DNA of 64,000 nucleotides from Hyaloraphidium curvatum SAG 235-1 (Eukaryota; Fungi; Monoblepharomycota). Positions within the stretch are counted from its first letter, which is position 1. Every line of letters starts with the position of its first letter. The position numbers and the translations under genes were made by a program. Positions 44,801 to 55,901 of this stretch are shown one piece after another. A model generated the notes under the pieces. The model was not told where the DNA came from, did not search any database, and saw nothing but the letters and a program-made list of their open reading frames with translations. Location: assembly GCA_025558095.1 (NCBI GenBank), contig JAIVFI010000045.1:1-64000 (forward strand), written 5' to 3'.

Positions 44801-45149
44801 CAGCGGCACAGCCACGCCGACCGCCGAGTCGCCTCCCGCCAACGCTGAGGATCGGACCCCGCGCCTCGCGTCCACGGCGGTGGACCAGCTGGACCCCGAT
44901 CTCGCGTGGTTCTGGAGCCTGCGCAAAACCCTCTCCGCGGCGATCGACACCCGCCCCGACGGCGAGACCAACGAGAAGCTGTACCCCGCGGGCCGGCTGC
45001 TGTGGATTCGGCGCGATGCTGCGGGCAAGTACGACACGTCCGAGATCGTGGACCCCAGGGAGGTGCTGGGCAAGATCGAGTTTGCCGAGGGGATCGTGCT
45101 GGACCACATCCCGCTCATCTACGACGACGCGGTGCGCGCGGCGTGCTGA
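41881..45149 (+). CDS. Class 3 lipase (DAG-lipase-like), intron about 44480-44535
   Basis: VVLRGT, VHGG, LVGHSLGAG, YDLFPR, LYPAG and DH.P. Confidence 0.88.
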
Positions 45150-45292
45150 CTTGGTTGATGGACGGGGGCGATGTAATGTATGGATCTGAACAACTGAACT
45201 GAATTGACAGGGATCTATCTGCGAAGGAGCTCGCCTGAGCTCGCCTCCGAACGATGGCAGCGCCACCCCAGCAGGCTCTGGCGGCAAGTCGC

Positions 45293-46180
45293 TCATGCCC
45301 CAAAGAGGTCGGACCTGGGAAGCGGCGACTCGCGGAACGATATGCGGCCCTCCGTCACCCTCGTCCACATCTCCCGTTCCGGCGCGCCCACACGGCCGTG
45401 GGGGTAGTCGCTCGACATGAGCCCGACCACGACGACGGTCCCGAACCTCCTCTGCAGGATCCTCTCGGCGGAAACGAGGGCGTCGGGCGTCAGGTCCGCT
45501 CTCATGTGCCCGATGACGAGCTTCTTCGCTGACGGCAGCCGCGTTGCGATTGCAGCCAGGAGCGAAGTGCGGCCGCTGTACATCTCGGGCACCTCGAGGT
45601 TCTTTATGGAGCGAAAAGACGGTGGGGGCGACACTACAATGGCCTCCTCGGGAAAGGGAAAGCTGATATCGATCTTCGACGGTGCGAAAGCAAGACTGCG
45701 GAACAGAGGCTCGGCGCGTGAAACTTCCGTAATGGGCAGTCCCAGCAGCTTTAGCGCCGACACTAAGTGCGCCTGCGCCACGAGACGGTCGAAAAGGTCC
45801 TCCGACGTGCCGCGGGTGTCGATTTCTAGGGACTCCAGGTGCCTGCGGTTCCCAACACGCCGACGAACCCCGCGTCATTCTCGGGCATGTCACCCATCCA
45901 GCTGAGGTGCTTCAACCCCGGCGGCAGATCAACTTGCGAATCCAGATTAGCGTACCGGCTCTCCTCGTGGGGGGAGTACATGTTGAGCTTCTCCAGCTTT
46001 TCCAATCCGGAAATCAGCCTCAGCAGGACGCGGCTGTCCTCCCAATCGACCATCACAGCGAGTTCCCGGACGTTCCCAAAAGGACCCAGGCACGCGCAAG
46101 CTTCTTCCGAGCGCGCCATCTCGACGATGTCCAGCTTCCGAACCAGGTGGCCGTGGCCGTCTTTGGCGGACCACGACCGA
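45293..46180 (-). pseudogene. LRR (F-box family) remnant, 5'-truncated and frameshifted
   Basis: ORFs 45826..46119 and 45293..45781 are LRR-like and joined by a frameshift near 45840. Confidence 0.55.
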
Positions 46181-46182
46181 GA

Positions 46183-47708
46183 ATGGAACCCCAGCGTGGC
46201 GACGCAAGCGCCGCCCTGGAGGTGCCGGGTGGGAACAGCGAGAGCAACCCGCCAGGCCCGCCCCGGGACGACGCGCCGGGCTCGACAGGCCGCCGCGCTG
46301 GCCCGGCGCTTCCCGTCGAAATCGTCGACCGGATCATCTCACGTACGATCGACTCCCGCCTCTGCCCGCCAGTCATTTCGCCCCTTCGCTGGCCCGGTTC
46401 CCGCTGGACTGCCGGCGCCCGAACTGCGGATGCTTCGCGTGCCGACCCCGATGGGTCCCGCGCCACCTCGCGCTGGTGGGACAGGTTTGGCTGATAGCCG
46501 TGACACGGAGGCTTTGGCGACACGTGGAGCTCGGGGAAGGGGATCTCGAGGAAGGGGCTGTCACCAACCCCAAACGAGCGCCGCAGCGGCCGAATCAAGT
46601 CAATGAGCAAATGCTGGAGGCCCTGGAGTCCTCGCCGGGTGACTTGTACCTCTCCGCCGTTCGGACGCTGGCCTTCAGAGGATGCGAAACAAGTTGGCTG
46701 TATGCCCTGCGGCGTCTGGCTTCGTTGCTGCCGCGAATGACCAACCTGGCCGGCCTGTCAGTTCAGCTGGACGAAGATCACGGGCCGCTGGTGATTGATC
46801 TTCTGAAAGCCGCACGCAACTTGCCGGTGCGATTCTTCTTCGCGAGTTGCGGTGTAGGCTTCGAGGCGCTGGGACCGTGCCTGGAGGGATGGACACTCGA
46901 TGTCTGTTGCCTGTTCGGCCACCCGCGCGTCGGTGCGCCCGTAACCCGTGCTACTGCGTCCGTTCTTCTTGAGATCCAAACCTTCGACATTGATGCTCTT
47001 ATGGACGACGAAGCCCTCAACCGCATTTGGCCATCTCTTTCCGCCATAAGGAAGCTGTCGGTGCGCTTCCAGCCATCTGCTGGGGCGGCCGGCGTCAGGG
47101 ACATGCTGTCTAGCATGTCGCACCTCACCCACCTCTCCTTGGGATATACATCCTTCTGTTGGCCGCAACCCTGGCTTCTGGACCTGATTCGAGCGTCGAG
47201 AATGCCCTATCTTCAGCTTAACGGCATCAACTTTACGCGGATTCTGCACGGTGGTTTGTTCCGGGCCTAGGGTGCCCGGCCGATCATCGAGGAGCTGGTT
47301 TTGAAAGATCTCGAGCTCTACGTGTCGGCGCTTCCCGGCGGGCGCTCGGTTTGGGCGCTCGAGTTCGAACGGAAAACGAAGGATATTGGCGAGCTTGCTA
47401 AGGTTCTCCGCTGGGCAAGCCGTCTTCAGCGCCTCCGCTTGCGTGTCGCGTGTTCCAGCGGGCCCATCCTTCGCGCACTGGAAGCCTGCCGGAACGTCCA
47501 GCACCTGGATCTTTGTCACAGCGTAGTCGACGGGGTGGACTTCGCTGCGAAACTGCGCGAGGTGTTTCTTCCGGCGCTGCGTGAGCTTCGGGCTGGTCGC
47601 ATTGTCTGGCGAGAGGATCTCATCGAGATAATGCGCCTCCGGCCGGAGCTCGATGTTTTTGAGTTTGGGAAGAGGGTGGTTGTGGAGCTCGCGCCGCAGG
47701 TCGTCTAG
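46183..47708 (+). pseudogene. F-box/LRR pseudogene
   Basis: F-box ALPVEIVDRII, a frameshift near 46490, and an in-frame TAG at 47268-47270 between two same-frame LRR ORFs. Confidence 0.65.
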
Positions 47709-47857
47709 CGAGCTTTGCCATACTAAGGTCGGTCTTCTCTTTGTATTTTTGGTCTATGTAGAGCCATATGCCAGGGTTCTTCACGAAGGGCGACTTCGAA
47801 TCCTCTCGACGTGCGTGGTCCCGCGAGCGACCGTGGCTCCGTCCGTAAACACCTTCG

Positions 47858-50337
47858 ATGCGATCTGCCCTCCCGCGGCTTGCGAACCAGATCCGGCTAT
47901 ACCCGCTCGCGAATCGCGTTCTCGGTCTTCCTAGGCACGCTTTCCCCGCGCGCCGCTCCATTTCCGTCGCCGCCGCCTCCGCGATGCCGGCCGCCAATCC
48001 TCTCGTCTTCTCGCTCAGCCCCGCCGAGATCCGCGCGCGGGCGGACACCCTGATCGCCGCGTCCAAGGCGGTCGAGGACGCCGTCGCCGCGTCGGGCTCG
48101 GACCGGTTCGCCGAGGTGCTCCTGCCCCTGGCGTCGGCCGAGAACGAAATGGAACGCGACCACTCCAACTGCACGTTTTGGCAGTACGTACACGGAGACA
48201 AAGAGGTCCGCGACGCGTCGAGCGAGGCAGACAAGAAGCTGCGCGACTACGGGACCGAGGCCGGGCTGCGGGCGGACGTGTACGCGAGGGTCAAGGCGGC
48301 GCTGCCCGATGCCGCGAAGCGGGAACCCGAGGAGGCCAGGCTGGCGGAGAAGATGGCCCTGGACTTCAAGCGGAACGGGTTGGATCTGACGGAGGAGGAG
48401 AAAGAGAAGATGAAGAAGATCAAAATGAGGCTCAGCGAGCTGTCGATCGCCTTCTCAAAGAACGTCAACGAGGACAAGACGGAAAGGTTGTTTACCCGCG
48501 AGGAGCTCGAGGGCATGCCCGACGACTTTCTGGCCGGGCTCAAATCCGAGGAGAAGGACGGCGTTACCCTCTACCACGGTCAGTTCCTGCCGTTTCGCGG
48601 CCTTCATTGAGCACTTACCACTCTACCCTTCAGTGACCTGCAAGTACCCCGACATCATCCCCGTGATGAAGATGGCCAAGCGGGACGCCACCCGAAAAGA
48701 AATGGACCTCGCAAACAGCACCCGCTGCAAGGACAACATCGCCATCCTCACCGAAATGGTCAAGCTCCGTCGCCAGGCCGCCGCGCTGCTGGGCTACAGG
48801 ACGCACGCGGACTTTAAGCTCGAGGTCAAGATGGCCAAGACCGTGGCCGAGGTCGACGCGTTCCTGGAGGACCTGCGAACGAGGCTGAAGCCGCTGGCGG
48901 AGCAGGAGCTCGCCAAGCTTCTGGAGCTCAAGAAGAGGGAGAAGGAGGCGCGGGGCGAGCCTTTCGACGGCAGGATTAACTCGTGGGACGTGAACTACTA
49001 CAACCGGATGCTGCTCGAGACCGAGTACCAGGTCGACGACGAGAAGGTGCGTGTGCTCGCTGGCCCCTGACGAGGTTGTACACGGCCTAACTTCGTTCCC
49101 CGACCTCCTCCGACACTCCGACCCCTTCACTTACTCTCTACAACCACAAAGATCAAGGAGTATTTCTCGATGGAGGCCGTGACGATGGGAATGCTGGAGC
49201 TGTACGAGGAGCTGTTCGGGATCAAGTGCGTCGAGGTGCCCGGCGCCGAGACGTGGCACCCGGACGTGCGGCTGTTCGAGGTGTTTGACGCCGCGTCGGG
49301 CGACCTGTGTGGGCAGTTCTAGTGAGTTCGTCCTCTTTGTGTGGCCCACGAGATGCTGACACCTCTGGCAGCCTCGACCTCCACCCTCGCGACAACAAGT
49401 ACTCGCACGCTGCGTGCTTCGGCCTCGTCCCCGGCCATACCCGCGCAGACGGCACCAGGCAGCACCCCGTGGCGGCCATGGTCGCCAACTTCACCAAGTC
49501 CACCCCCGAACGCCCCTCGCTCCTCAAGCACAACGAGGTCGTCACCTTTTTCCACGAGCTGGGCCACGTGTTCCACCAGATCTGCAGCGTCACGCGGTTT
49601 GCGAGGTTCCACGGGACCGCAGTCGAGCGGTGGGCGCGACATGTGGGGCGTCTCGTCCAAGTGGTTCGCTGACTACGAGTGCCCGATGCCAGCGACTTTG
49701 TGGAGGCCCCCAGCCAGCTGCTCGAGAACTGGTGCTTCGAGGACCAGATCCTCAAGCGGCTCTCCAAGCACTATGTGACAGGCGAGCCCCTCCCCAAGGA
49801 GCTGTCGGAGCCCCTGTCAAAGAGCAAGAACGTCCTCGCCGGCCTGCTGAATCTGCGGCAGGTCTTCTTCGCCGCGTACGACATGAAGATCCACAGCATC
49901 TCGAGCGAGGAGGAGGAGGCCGCGCTGGATCTGGACGCGCTGTGGGCGGAGCTGAGGCCCAGGATCACGCTCATCGAGCAGCTGCCAAACACTTACCCGG
50001 CCGCGACGTTCGGACACCTCGCGGGAGGCTACGATGCGGGATACTACGGGTACCTCTACTCGCAGGTGTTCTCCGCGGACATCTACTACAGCAAGTTCAA
50101 GGAGAACGGCAGTGAGTCCATCCGATCTCGCTGTTTGCTCGACTGATCGCGGCCCGCGCAGTCATGGACCCCGCCACCGGCCGCACCTACCGCAACGCCA
50201 TCCTCCGCCCCGGCGGGTCCAAGGACGGCATGGACCTGCTCGTGGACTTCCTGGGCCGCAAACCCGAGAACGCCGCGTTCCTGCGGAGCCTCGGCTTCGA
50301 GCCGGACGCAAAGGAGGGGCCCAAGGCGGCGCTGTAG
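47858..50337 (+). CDS. M3A metallo-oligopeptidase (thimet oligopeptidase/saccharolysin-like), 5 predicted introns
   Basis: [23 protein letters not shown] and [15 protein letters not shown]; presequence-like N-terminus. Confidence 0.93.
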
Positions 50338-50435
50338 ATTGCGTGGAGAATCGGACATGCATAGATTTCCACGAAGAGCTATTGTACAGGTTACCAACAG
50401 CAAGACTGCGATCCCACGGTGAACGATCGACCAGA

Positions 50436-51128
50436 TCAGACCCTCCTGAAGCAGCGGCCGAACATCCTGAGGATGGCAAAGGTGGTGTAGAAGAAGATGC
50501 CGGAGCGGATGTACGACTTGTTCTCGGTGTCGGCCTGGGTGATCGGGGCGACGAAATCAGCGAAGTCGTGAACCGCGGCAGATCGGCGACCCGAACCCAG
50601 GCGTAGACGGCGTTGTACACCATGCGGAGCATGAGCACCATCGTGGCGTCCTTGGCGATCAGCGACTCGTCCACGCCGCAGATGTGGTTGGCCAGCACGG
50701 CGCTCGCGAACAGGGGCAGGTTCTCGAGGCCGTTCATGCCGGCGTTCTTGAGGCGGCGCGTCAGGGCGTACTGCGGGACGGTGCCACCATATCATCGGGA
50801 ATTGAGCGGGGACGGGGGACGGCGGACCTCGTAGGCGCTGAGCTTGGTCCGCGCGACGTCGCTGTCCTCCCGCGGGTGCGCCTTGTCCAGCGCCCCGCGC
50901 ATCATCTTAAGGACCACGTTGGCCGTGTGCGGGAGCATGGCCGTCGCCTGGGAGCGTCAGCGGAGGAGGAGGAAGGCGGTGGCATGGGCGCCCGGTCCGG
51001 GGGAGCGGTGGGTGGTCGGTCAGGTGAAGTGGCATCGGAGACGGCGGGGGGCCGCGGCGCACCCAGAACGCCGGGATGGCGGCGAGGCTTGCGGGCCGGT
51101 AGCCGAACAGCGAATTGTACTCGGACAT
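50436..51128 (-). CDS. MAPEG-family membrane protein, multi-exon
   Basis: The spliced reading is SLAAIPAFW|ATAMLPH...RRLKNAGMNGLENLPLFASAVL...RMVYN...SYIRS. Confidence 0.8.
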
Positions 51129-51289
51129 TATGCGGTGGAGGGGCGGAGGTCGCGGTTGTGAGTGGAGTCGATTTGCGTGCGGCCACGTCAGCGATCACTC
51201 GCTTTGCCGCGCGGCAGACTGCCTTCCACGTCGGTCCAATTCCAGGGGAGAAGTTGATTTGCTTCGGAAGTGACATCTGTAACATCGAG

Positions 51290-51350
51290 CGAGCAACCGG
51301 CCCATCCATTCTTTGGATCAACCGAGCAACCGGTCCATCCGCTCCTTGGA
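51290..51350. repeat. 33-bp-period tandem duplication of the nitronate monooxygenase 3' end
   Basis: 51290-51317 vs 51323-51350 are identical at 24 of 28 positions. Confidence 0.8.
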
Positions 51351-52505
51351 CTCCACGAGCTCCTCCATCATCTCCCTCACGACCTCCCTCACGCTCGTCT
51401 CCTCCTTCATGTCCGCCACGATCTGCCCCACGGGGTAGGTCAGGAACTCCTCCTTCCTCACCCGCTCGACCCTCGTGCGCCCCTCGGCGAACCACAGGTA
51501 GACCTGGTTCGGCGGCGGCAGCAAGGGGGGCGCGTCCGGGTCCGTGTCCCAGGTCTCGGAGAACTTGTTGCGCAGCGTGCGGCACGATTTGCCCGTGACG
51601 GTCTTGGTGAAGAGCGAGTCGTCCGGGCCGGCGGCAAACATCTTCCTCTTGATCTCGGGGGTGACCTCGGACTCGCGCGTCTTGAGCCAGATGGAGCCGC
51701 ACCAGACACCCTCGCAGCCGAGCGCCAGCGCCGCTGCGAGCTGCCGACCGCGTCCCACGCCGCCAGCCCCGAGCACCGGCATGGGATAAACGGCATCCAC
51801 GATGCGGGGCCACAGCACGAGCGAGCTGACGGTCCCCGTGTGCCCTCCCGCCTCGTGCCCGACCGCGATTACGAAATCGCACCCCACGTCCCGGTGCTTG
51901 ATCGCGTGCTTCGGGTGCCCCGCCATGGCGGCGACCTTGATCCCGCGCGCGTGGCACTTTTCCACCAGCGCGCGCGAGGGGCTGCCCAGCGCGTTGACGA
52001 GCAGCTTGATCGGGTGCTCCAGGGCAATGTCCACCATCCGCTCGCCCTCGTCGGGGGTGAACGTGAAGCTCTCCAGCATGGCCCGTTGGATCTCCTTCTC
52101 CTCGCCGGCGGGGAGGGGCGGCACGCCGGCGTCGTCCAGCATTTTCCTCACGTACTCCCGCTGCAGCGGCGGCAGCACCGCGTCCGGGTCCAGCTTCTGC
52201 GCCGCCGAGTCCTCGAACTTGGCGGGGTTGAGGATGTCGATCCCGTAAGGTTTGCCTCCCACGCGCTCGTCGATCCACCGCAGCTCCTCGCGGACGCGCT
52301 GCGGGCTCATCCGCGCCATGCCGAGCACGCCGAGGCCGCCGGCCTTGGAGACCTCGACGACGACGTCGCGCTGGTGCGAGAAGGCGAATATCGGGACGTC
52401 GATGCCGAACATCTCGCAGAGCCGGTTGGGGTTCTTCGACGTGGCGAGGCCGCGGGCGCCGCGGGGCGGCCGTGCGAGGACGCGTCCGGCGCGCGCGGCG
52501 AGCAT
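51318..52505 (-). CDS. Nitronate monooxygenase (2-nitropropane dioxygenase) family, with mitochondrial-type presequence
   Basis: PIFAFSH.RDVV..VSKAGGLGVLG, GHEAGGHTG and AGGVGRG; intronless. Confidence 0.9.
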   Translation of the reverse strand: MLAARAGRVLARPPRGARGLATSKNPNRLCEMFGIDVPIFAFSHQRDVVVEVSKAGGLGVLGMARMSPQRVREELRWIDERVGGKPYGIDILNPAKFEDSAAQKLDPDAVLPPLQREYVRKMLDDAGVPPLPAGEEKEIQRAMLESFTFTPDEGERMVDIALEHPIKLLVNALGSPSRALVEKCHARGIKVAAMAGHPKHAIKHRDVGCDFVIAVGHEAGGHTGTVSSLVLWPRIVDAVYPMPVLGAGGVGRGRQLAAALALGCEGVWCGSIWLKTRESEVTPEIKRKMFAAGPDDSLFTKTVTGKSCRTLRNKFSETWDTDPDAPPLLPPPNQVYLWFAEGRTRVERVRKEEFLTYPVGQIVADMKEETSVREVVREMMEELVESKERMDRLLG

Positions 52506-52947
52506 TTCGGTGGGGTTCCTTTGGGAAACGGGGGTCCGGGAGACGGCGTTCGTGGCAAGTTCGATCGCGCGCCGAAACGACGTGTCTGTGTCCCACACCG
52601 CGGTTTGCCCTCCCGGTCCCAGGGATCCAATGTTTCGCAAACGGTGGGTCAAAATGCTAAGCCGAAATCGACCCTCCCGACCACGATTCCCGTGTTGGAG
52701 CGTGTTTGATACATCATAGGTGATTCACTTGTTTTCCCGGAGTCGCAGAAGTCCGTGGCCATTCCGTGCTCAATTCGATGCGGGACGCGTCCGATGCGCG
52801 ACTCAAGATTGGTTTCGAATGGAGAATGAGCGACGAACGGTGCCGAAGTGGACAGCGCGATCGGACGCCTCGCCGGCATTGCGGGACGAGACGCGGGGGA
52901 CCGAGACGCGATAAACAGGACTGCATCCCGCCCCGATTCCCGGCCCC

Positions 52948-54033
52948 ATGACCTCCGCGGGCCGCTCCGGCATCGATCTGCCCGACATATGGATCCTCAT
53001 CATGGAGACGCTCGAGCGCGCCGGCCTCCGCCGCTCCCTTTTCGAGCTCTCGCTCGCCTGTCACGCGACCTTGGATCTCGGCGAACCCCTGCTCCACCGA
53101 CGTGCCGCGTTCGATTGCCGGCTTCCCGCGGGGCCGGCAAAGTTCCTCCTTGATCCGGACAAGTGCCGGCACGTGCGACATCTTTGCATCGTCTCCGATG
53201 GGGGATCCCCCGCGGCGGCGGTGCTCGCAAACTGCCTCCCGCACGCCGAATCGGTCGAGCTCAGGCTGTACAACCTGCCGCAAACCGCGTCCCCTGAGGC
53301 CCTCTGGTCGCCATTCGCCAACGCACCTCGACTGCGCACGCTGAGGCTGTCGAACGTGTCGCACCGCGACGAGCAGACAGCAGGGTGGTACCCCGGCGCC
53401 TCCTTCTTCCGAGGCCTCTTTTCCCTCCTCGACAACCCCGGAAATCACGGTCCCAGGATCCGAAATCTGCACCTTGCCGACGACACCGAGCCCGGCTGCG
53501 GCACCTGGGCCGCCCGCGAGCCGGGCACCTGGCCCGACGCGTTATCGGGCTTCCCGCGCGCGGCGGCGGCGCTGCGGACCGTGACCATGTCCAACGCGAG
53601 CCTGGCGAGCTGGGGGGCGATCGAGGCCCCGGGTGCCGTCGGGGTGAAGATCTACGAGCCGCAGGCGCTGGACCTGCGCGCGTGGTGCGAGCTGCGGCCG
53701 TTCCCGCGCCTCGGCGAGGTTCTGTTCGAGCACATTTCCACGCGGAGGCTGCTAGAGTTCCCGCGGCTGGGCGCCGGGCGCGTGTGCGTGGCCGTGCCCA
53801 GATTTAACCTGCCGCGGGACCAGTTCCCGCGGATCGCGGAATGGCTCGCCGACACGGGCGTCAGGGTCGTGCTGGCCACGCTGGACGATTCGCGGACGGG
53901 AGTGGTCAGGTACCGCGGGCGGGCCGAGGCGCTGGAGGAGCTGGAGGAGTGGAGGAGGCTGGAGGCGGAGATGCCGGGGCGGGTGTCGATCGGACGGGGC
54001 GGGTTCGGGTTCGAGGTCGTGGACAGCAGGTAG
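52948..54033 (+). CDS. F-box-like/LRR protein
   Basis: DLPDIWILIMETL followed by LRTLRL-type repeats. Confidence 0.7.
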   Translation: MTSAGRSGIDLPDIWILIMETLERAGLRRSLFELSLACHATLDLGEPLLHRRAAFDCRLPAGPAKFLLDPDKCRHVRHLCIVSDGGSPAAAVLANCLPHAESVELRLYNLPQTASPEALWSPFANAPRLRTLRLSNVSHRDEQTAGWYPGASFFRGLFSLLDNPGNHGPRIRNLHLADDTEPGCGTWAAREPGTWPDALSGFPRAAAALRTVTMSNASLASWGAIEAPGAVGVKIYEPQALDLRAWCELRPFPRLGEVLFEHISTRRLLEFPRLGAGRVCVAVPRFNLPRDQFPRIAEWLADTGVRVVLATLDDSRTGVVRYRGRAEALEELEEWRRLEAEMPGRVSIGRGGFGFEVVDSR

Positions 54034-54232
54034 CTCTAGCTGCCCACATTCTAATCTTTAACTTCCAAAAATAGGAATCTGACGCGCTGCGTCTAGAGCT
54101 TCGGTTCTGGGGTGCCGTTCCTTCCTGGGCGCGTAAACACGACCGTCTGCCCGCGAGAGATGCCCAGCAGGATGGACGAAACAAACACATCTGCCTGCCA
54201 GACGGTCAGAGGGTCCACGGACAGCGAGTCCG

Positions 54233-55111
54233 TCATCGGAGGGTGCAGAGATGGATCGTTGAAGTAGGCAACGATCTCGCTGGCAGCAATCGAATGTCAG
54301 CGGTAGCCATCGAGGGCTCGAGAGCGACGTACGAATGCTTCCACCCCTTGCCCTCGTCCGCGCTCCACACAGCCCACCGCTCCGCGTCCTCTGCGACCAG
54401 GGTCGGCAGTATCTCGTCCCTCAGCAGCGCCCCCCTGTCGCACAGATCCAGCAGCGGCCTCGTGCCGTTGCGCCACGCCACCGACTCGGGAATCTCGGGG
54501 TGCCCGTAGAACAGGTTCGGCAGGCTCGGCACCGGCAGCGTCGGGGGCGTCACGACGAGCCGCGGCGGAGGCGGCACGGCATGCAACGGCGGGCGGCCGG
54601 GCAGCGCGCCGGCGGAGGGGGACTCGGGCACGGTGAGGTCCCGCTCGAGGGAGATGTCGGCGTTGCTGGTGCCCCGGGCGGCCTCGGCGTCGCGTTTGAT
54701 CCGGGCAGGGAGGTCCGGCGAGTGGCGGTACAGCACGATCGTGCCACCGCCTTTCAAGATGCCCATGGCGGCCACGACCATTTCCAGCATCGACCATTCC
54801 CAGCCCAGGGGCAACCCATCGTCCTGCGCCTCGCCAGGGAGCACCACGCCGACGCTGTCCCCCTTGCGGTACGGCGACCACAAATACGCGACGCCGCGGT
54901 TGTCCCTCAATCCCCGCGCAAAGGCGTGCGACGACGACAGCAGCAGCCGCAGCGTGAGGCGGTGGCCCGACCGCGAGTCGTCCAGAAACAGCGCCCTGTC
55001 GAGGTCCTCGTCCGCGGGGGCCGACAGCGGCGGGAACAGCGCGTTGGTCACCGTCGGCACAAACAGCGAGCCGCCGCCGACGGTAAGCGATTCTAACGCA
55101 TCGGCGTCCAT
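54233..55111 (-). CDS. Protein resembling the N-terminal part of ANL/AMP-binding enzymes
   Basis: LFLDD..GHRLT...SHAFARGL...KGDSVGVVLP. No SSGTTG.PKG loop was seen. Confidence 0.5.
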   Translation of the reverse strand: MDADALESLTVGGGSLFVPTVTNALFPPLSAPADEDLDRALFLDDSRSGHRLTLRLLLSSSHAFARGLRDNRGVAYLWSPYRKGDSVGVVLPGEAQDDGLPLGWEWSMLEMVVAAMGILKGGGTIVLYRHSPDLPARIKRDAEAARGTSNADISLERDLTVPESPSAGALPGRPPLHAVPPPPRLVVTPPTLPVPSLPNLFYGHPEIPESVAWRNGTRPLLDLCDRGALLRDEILPTLVAEDAERWAVWSADEGKGWKHSYVALEPSMATADIRLLPARSLPTSTIHLCTLR

Positions 55112-55164
55112 CGCGGATCCCGCGGCCTGAACGGCCGCGATCCGATTTCCTCTGAGACGGGCGG

Positions 55165-55857
55165 ATGGGCACGAAATCCGAAGTTGCGGGTGCCCGGCAA
55201 CACCTCTACGCTCTCGCAATCGCCGCGACGCTCCTCCTTTCCGTCGGACTTGTTTCCCGCCTCGCGCTCCCGGGGGTCCGAGCGCCGCTCGCAGCCGCCC
55301 GCCGCCACCTCGCCGCGATGTCCGACCCCGAGGGGTTCGACCCCGTCGCCGACACCGTGGGCGCCGGGATCTACTCAGGCAAGGTCAAGCGCGATGCCTC
55401 GGGGCAGGTAATAATCGGAGAGCAATACAAGAGGCACAACCCGCACCCCGGGCCGGTGTACGCCGGGGGCGGGTTCACCGATATCGCGGAAGCGATCCAC
55501 CGGGGACCCGATGCCGTGAAGGCGCTGCTGGAGCGGGGAGCGGACCCGAATGAGATCATGACGGGCGGTGCTCGGCCGTTGCATACCTGCGGGATGAGCA
55601 GGCGCGGGCAGATGTCGACCGAGCTGCTGATCAAGGCCGGGGCGGAGATCGAAGCTTTGGACGCATACGGGTACACGCCGCTGCACAGGATGGCGAGCAA
55701 CAACTTGCCCGTGGGTGCAGAGGCTCTGCTCAGGGCCGGCGCGGATGCAAACAGGCGGAGCGGGCCGCCGTACGCGGGCGAGACGCCCCTGTCGATTGCG
55801 AGGAGCTCCGGGGCGCGAGACGTGGTGGAGGTGCTGAAGCGCTACGGCGGTCGCTGA
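55165..55857 (+). CDS. Ankyrin-repeat protein (alternative start at 55318)
   Basis: LLERGADPN, PLHTC, YGYTPLHRMA and GETPLSIA. Confidence 0.85.
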   Translation: MGTKSEVAGARQHLYALAIAATLLLSVGLVSRLALPGVRAPLAAARRHLAAMSDPEGFDPVADTVGAGIYSGKVKRDASGQVIIGEQYKRHNPHPGPVYAGGGFTDIAEAIHRGPDAVKALLERGADPNEIMTGGARPLHTCGMSRRGQMSTELLIKAGAEIEALDAYGYTPLHRMASNNLPVGAEALLRAGADANRRSGPPYAGETPLSIARSSGARDVVEVLKRYGGR

Positions 55858-55901
55858 CTGCACGTGTAGCCGGGGGGCATGTCACTCTCTGGGGAACTAG
55901 G

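Noticed and set aside
47268-47270. Programmed stop readthrough or alternative genetic code (in-frame TAG here and at 39317)
   Set aside because: Both genes also have frameshifts, and TAG terminates many intact genes in the window.
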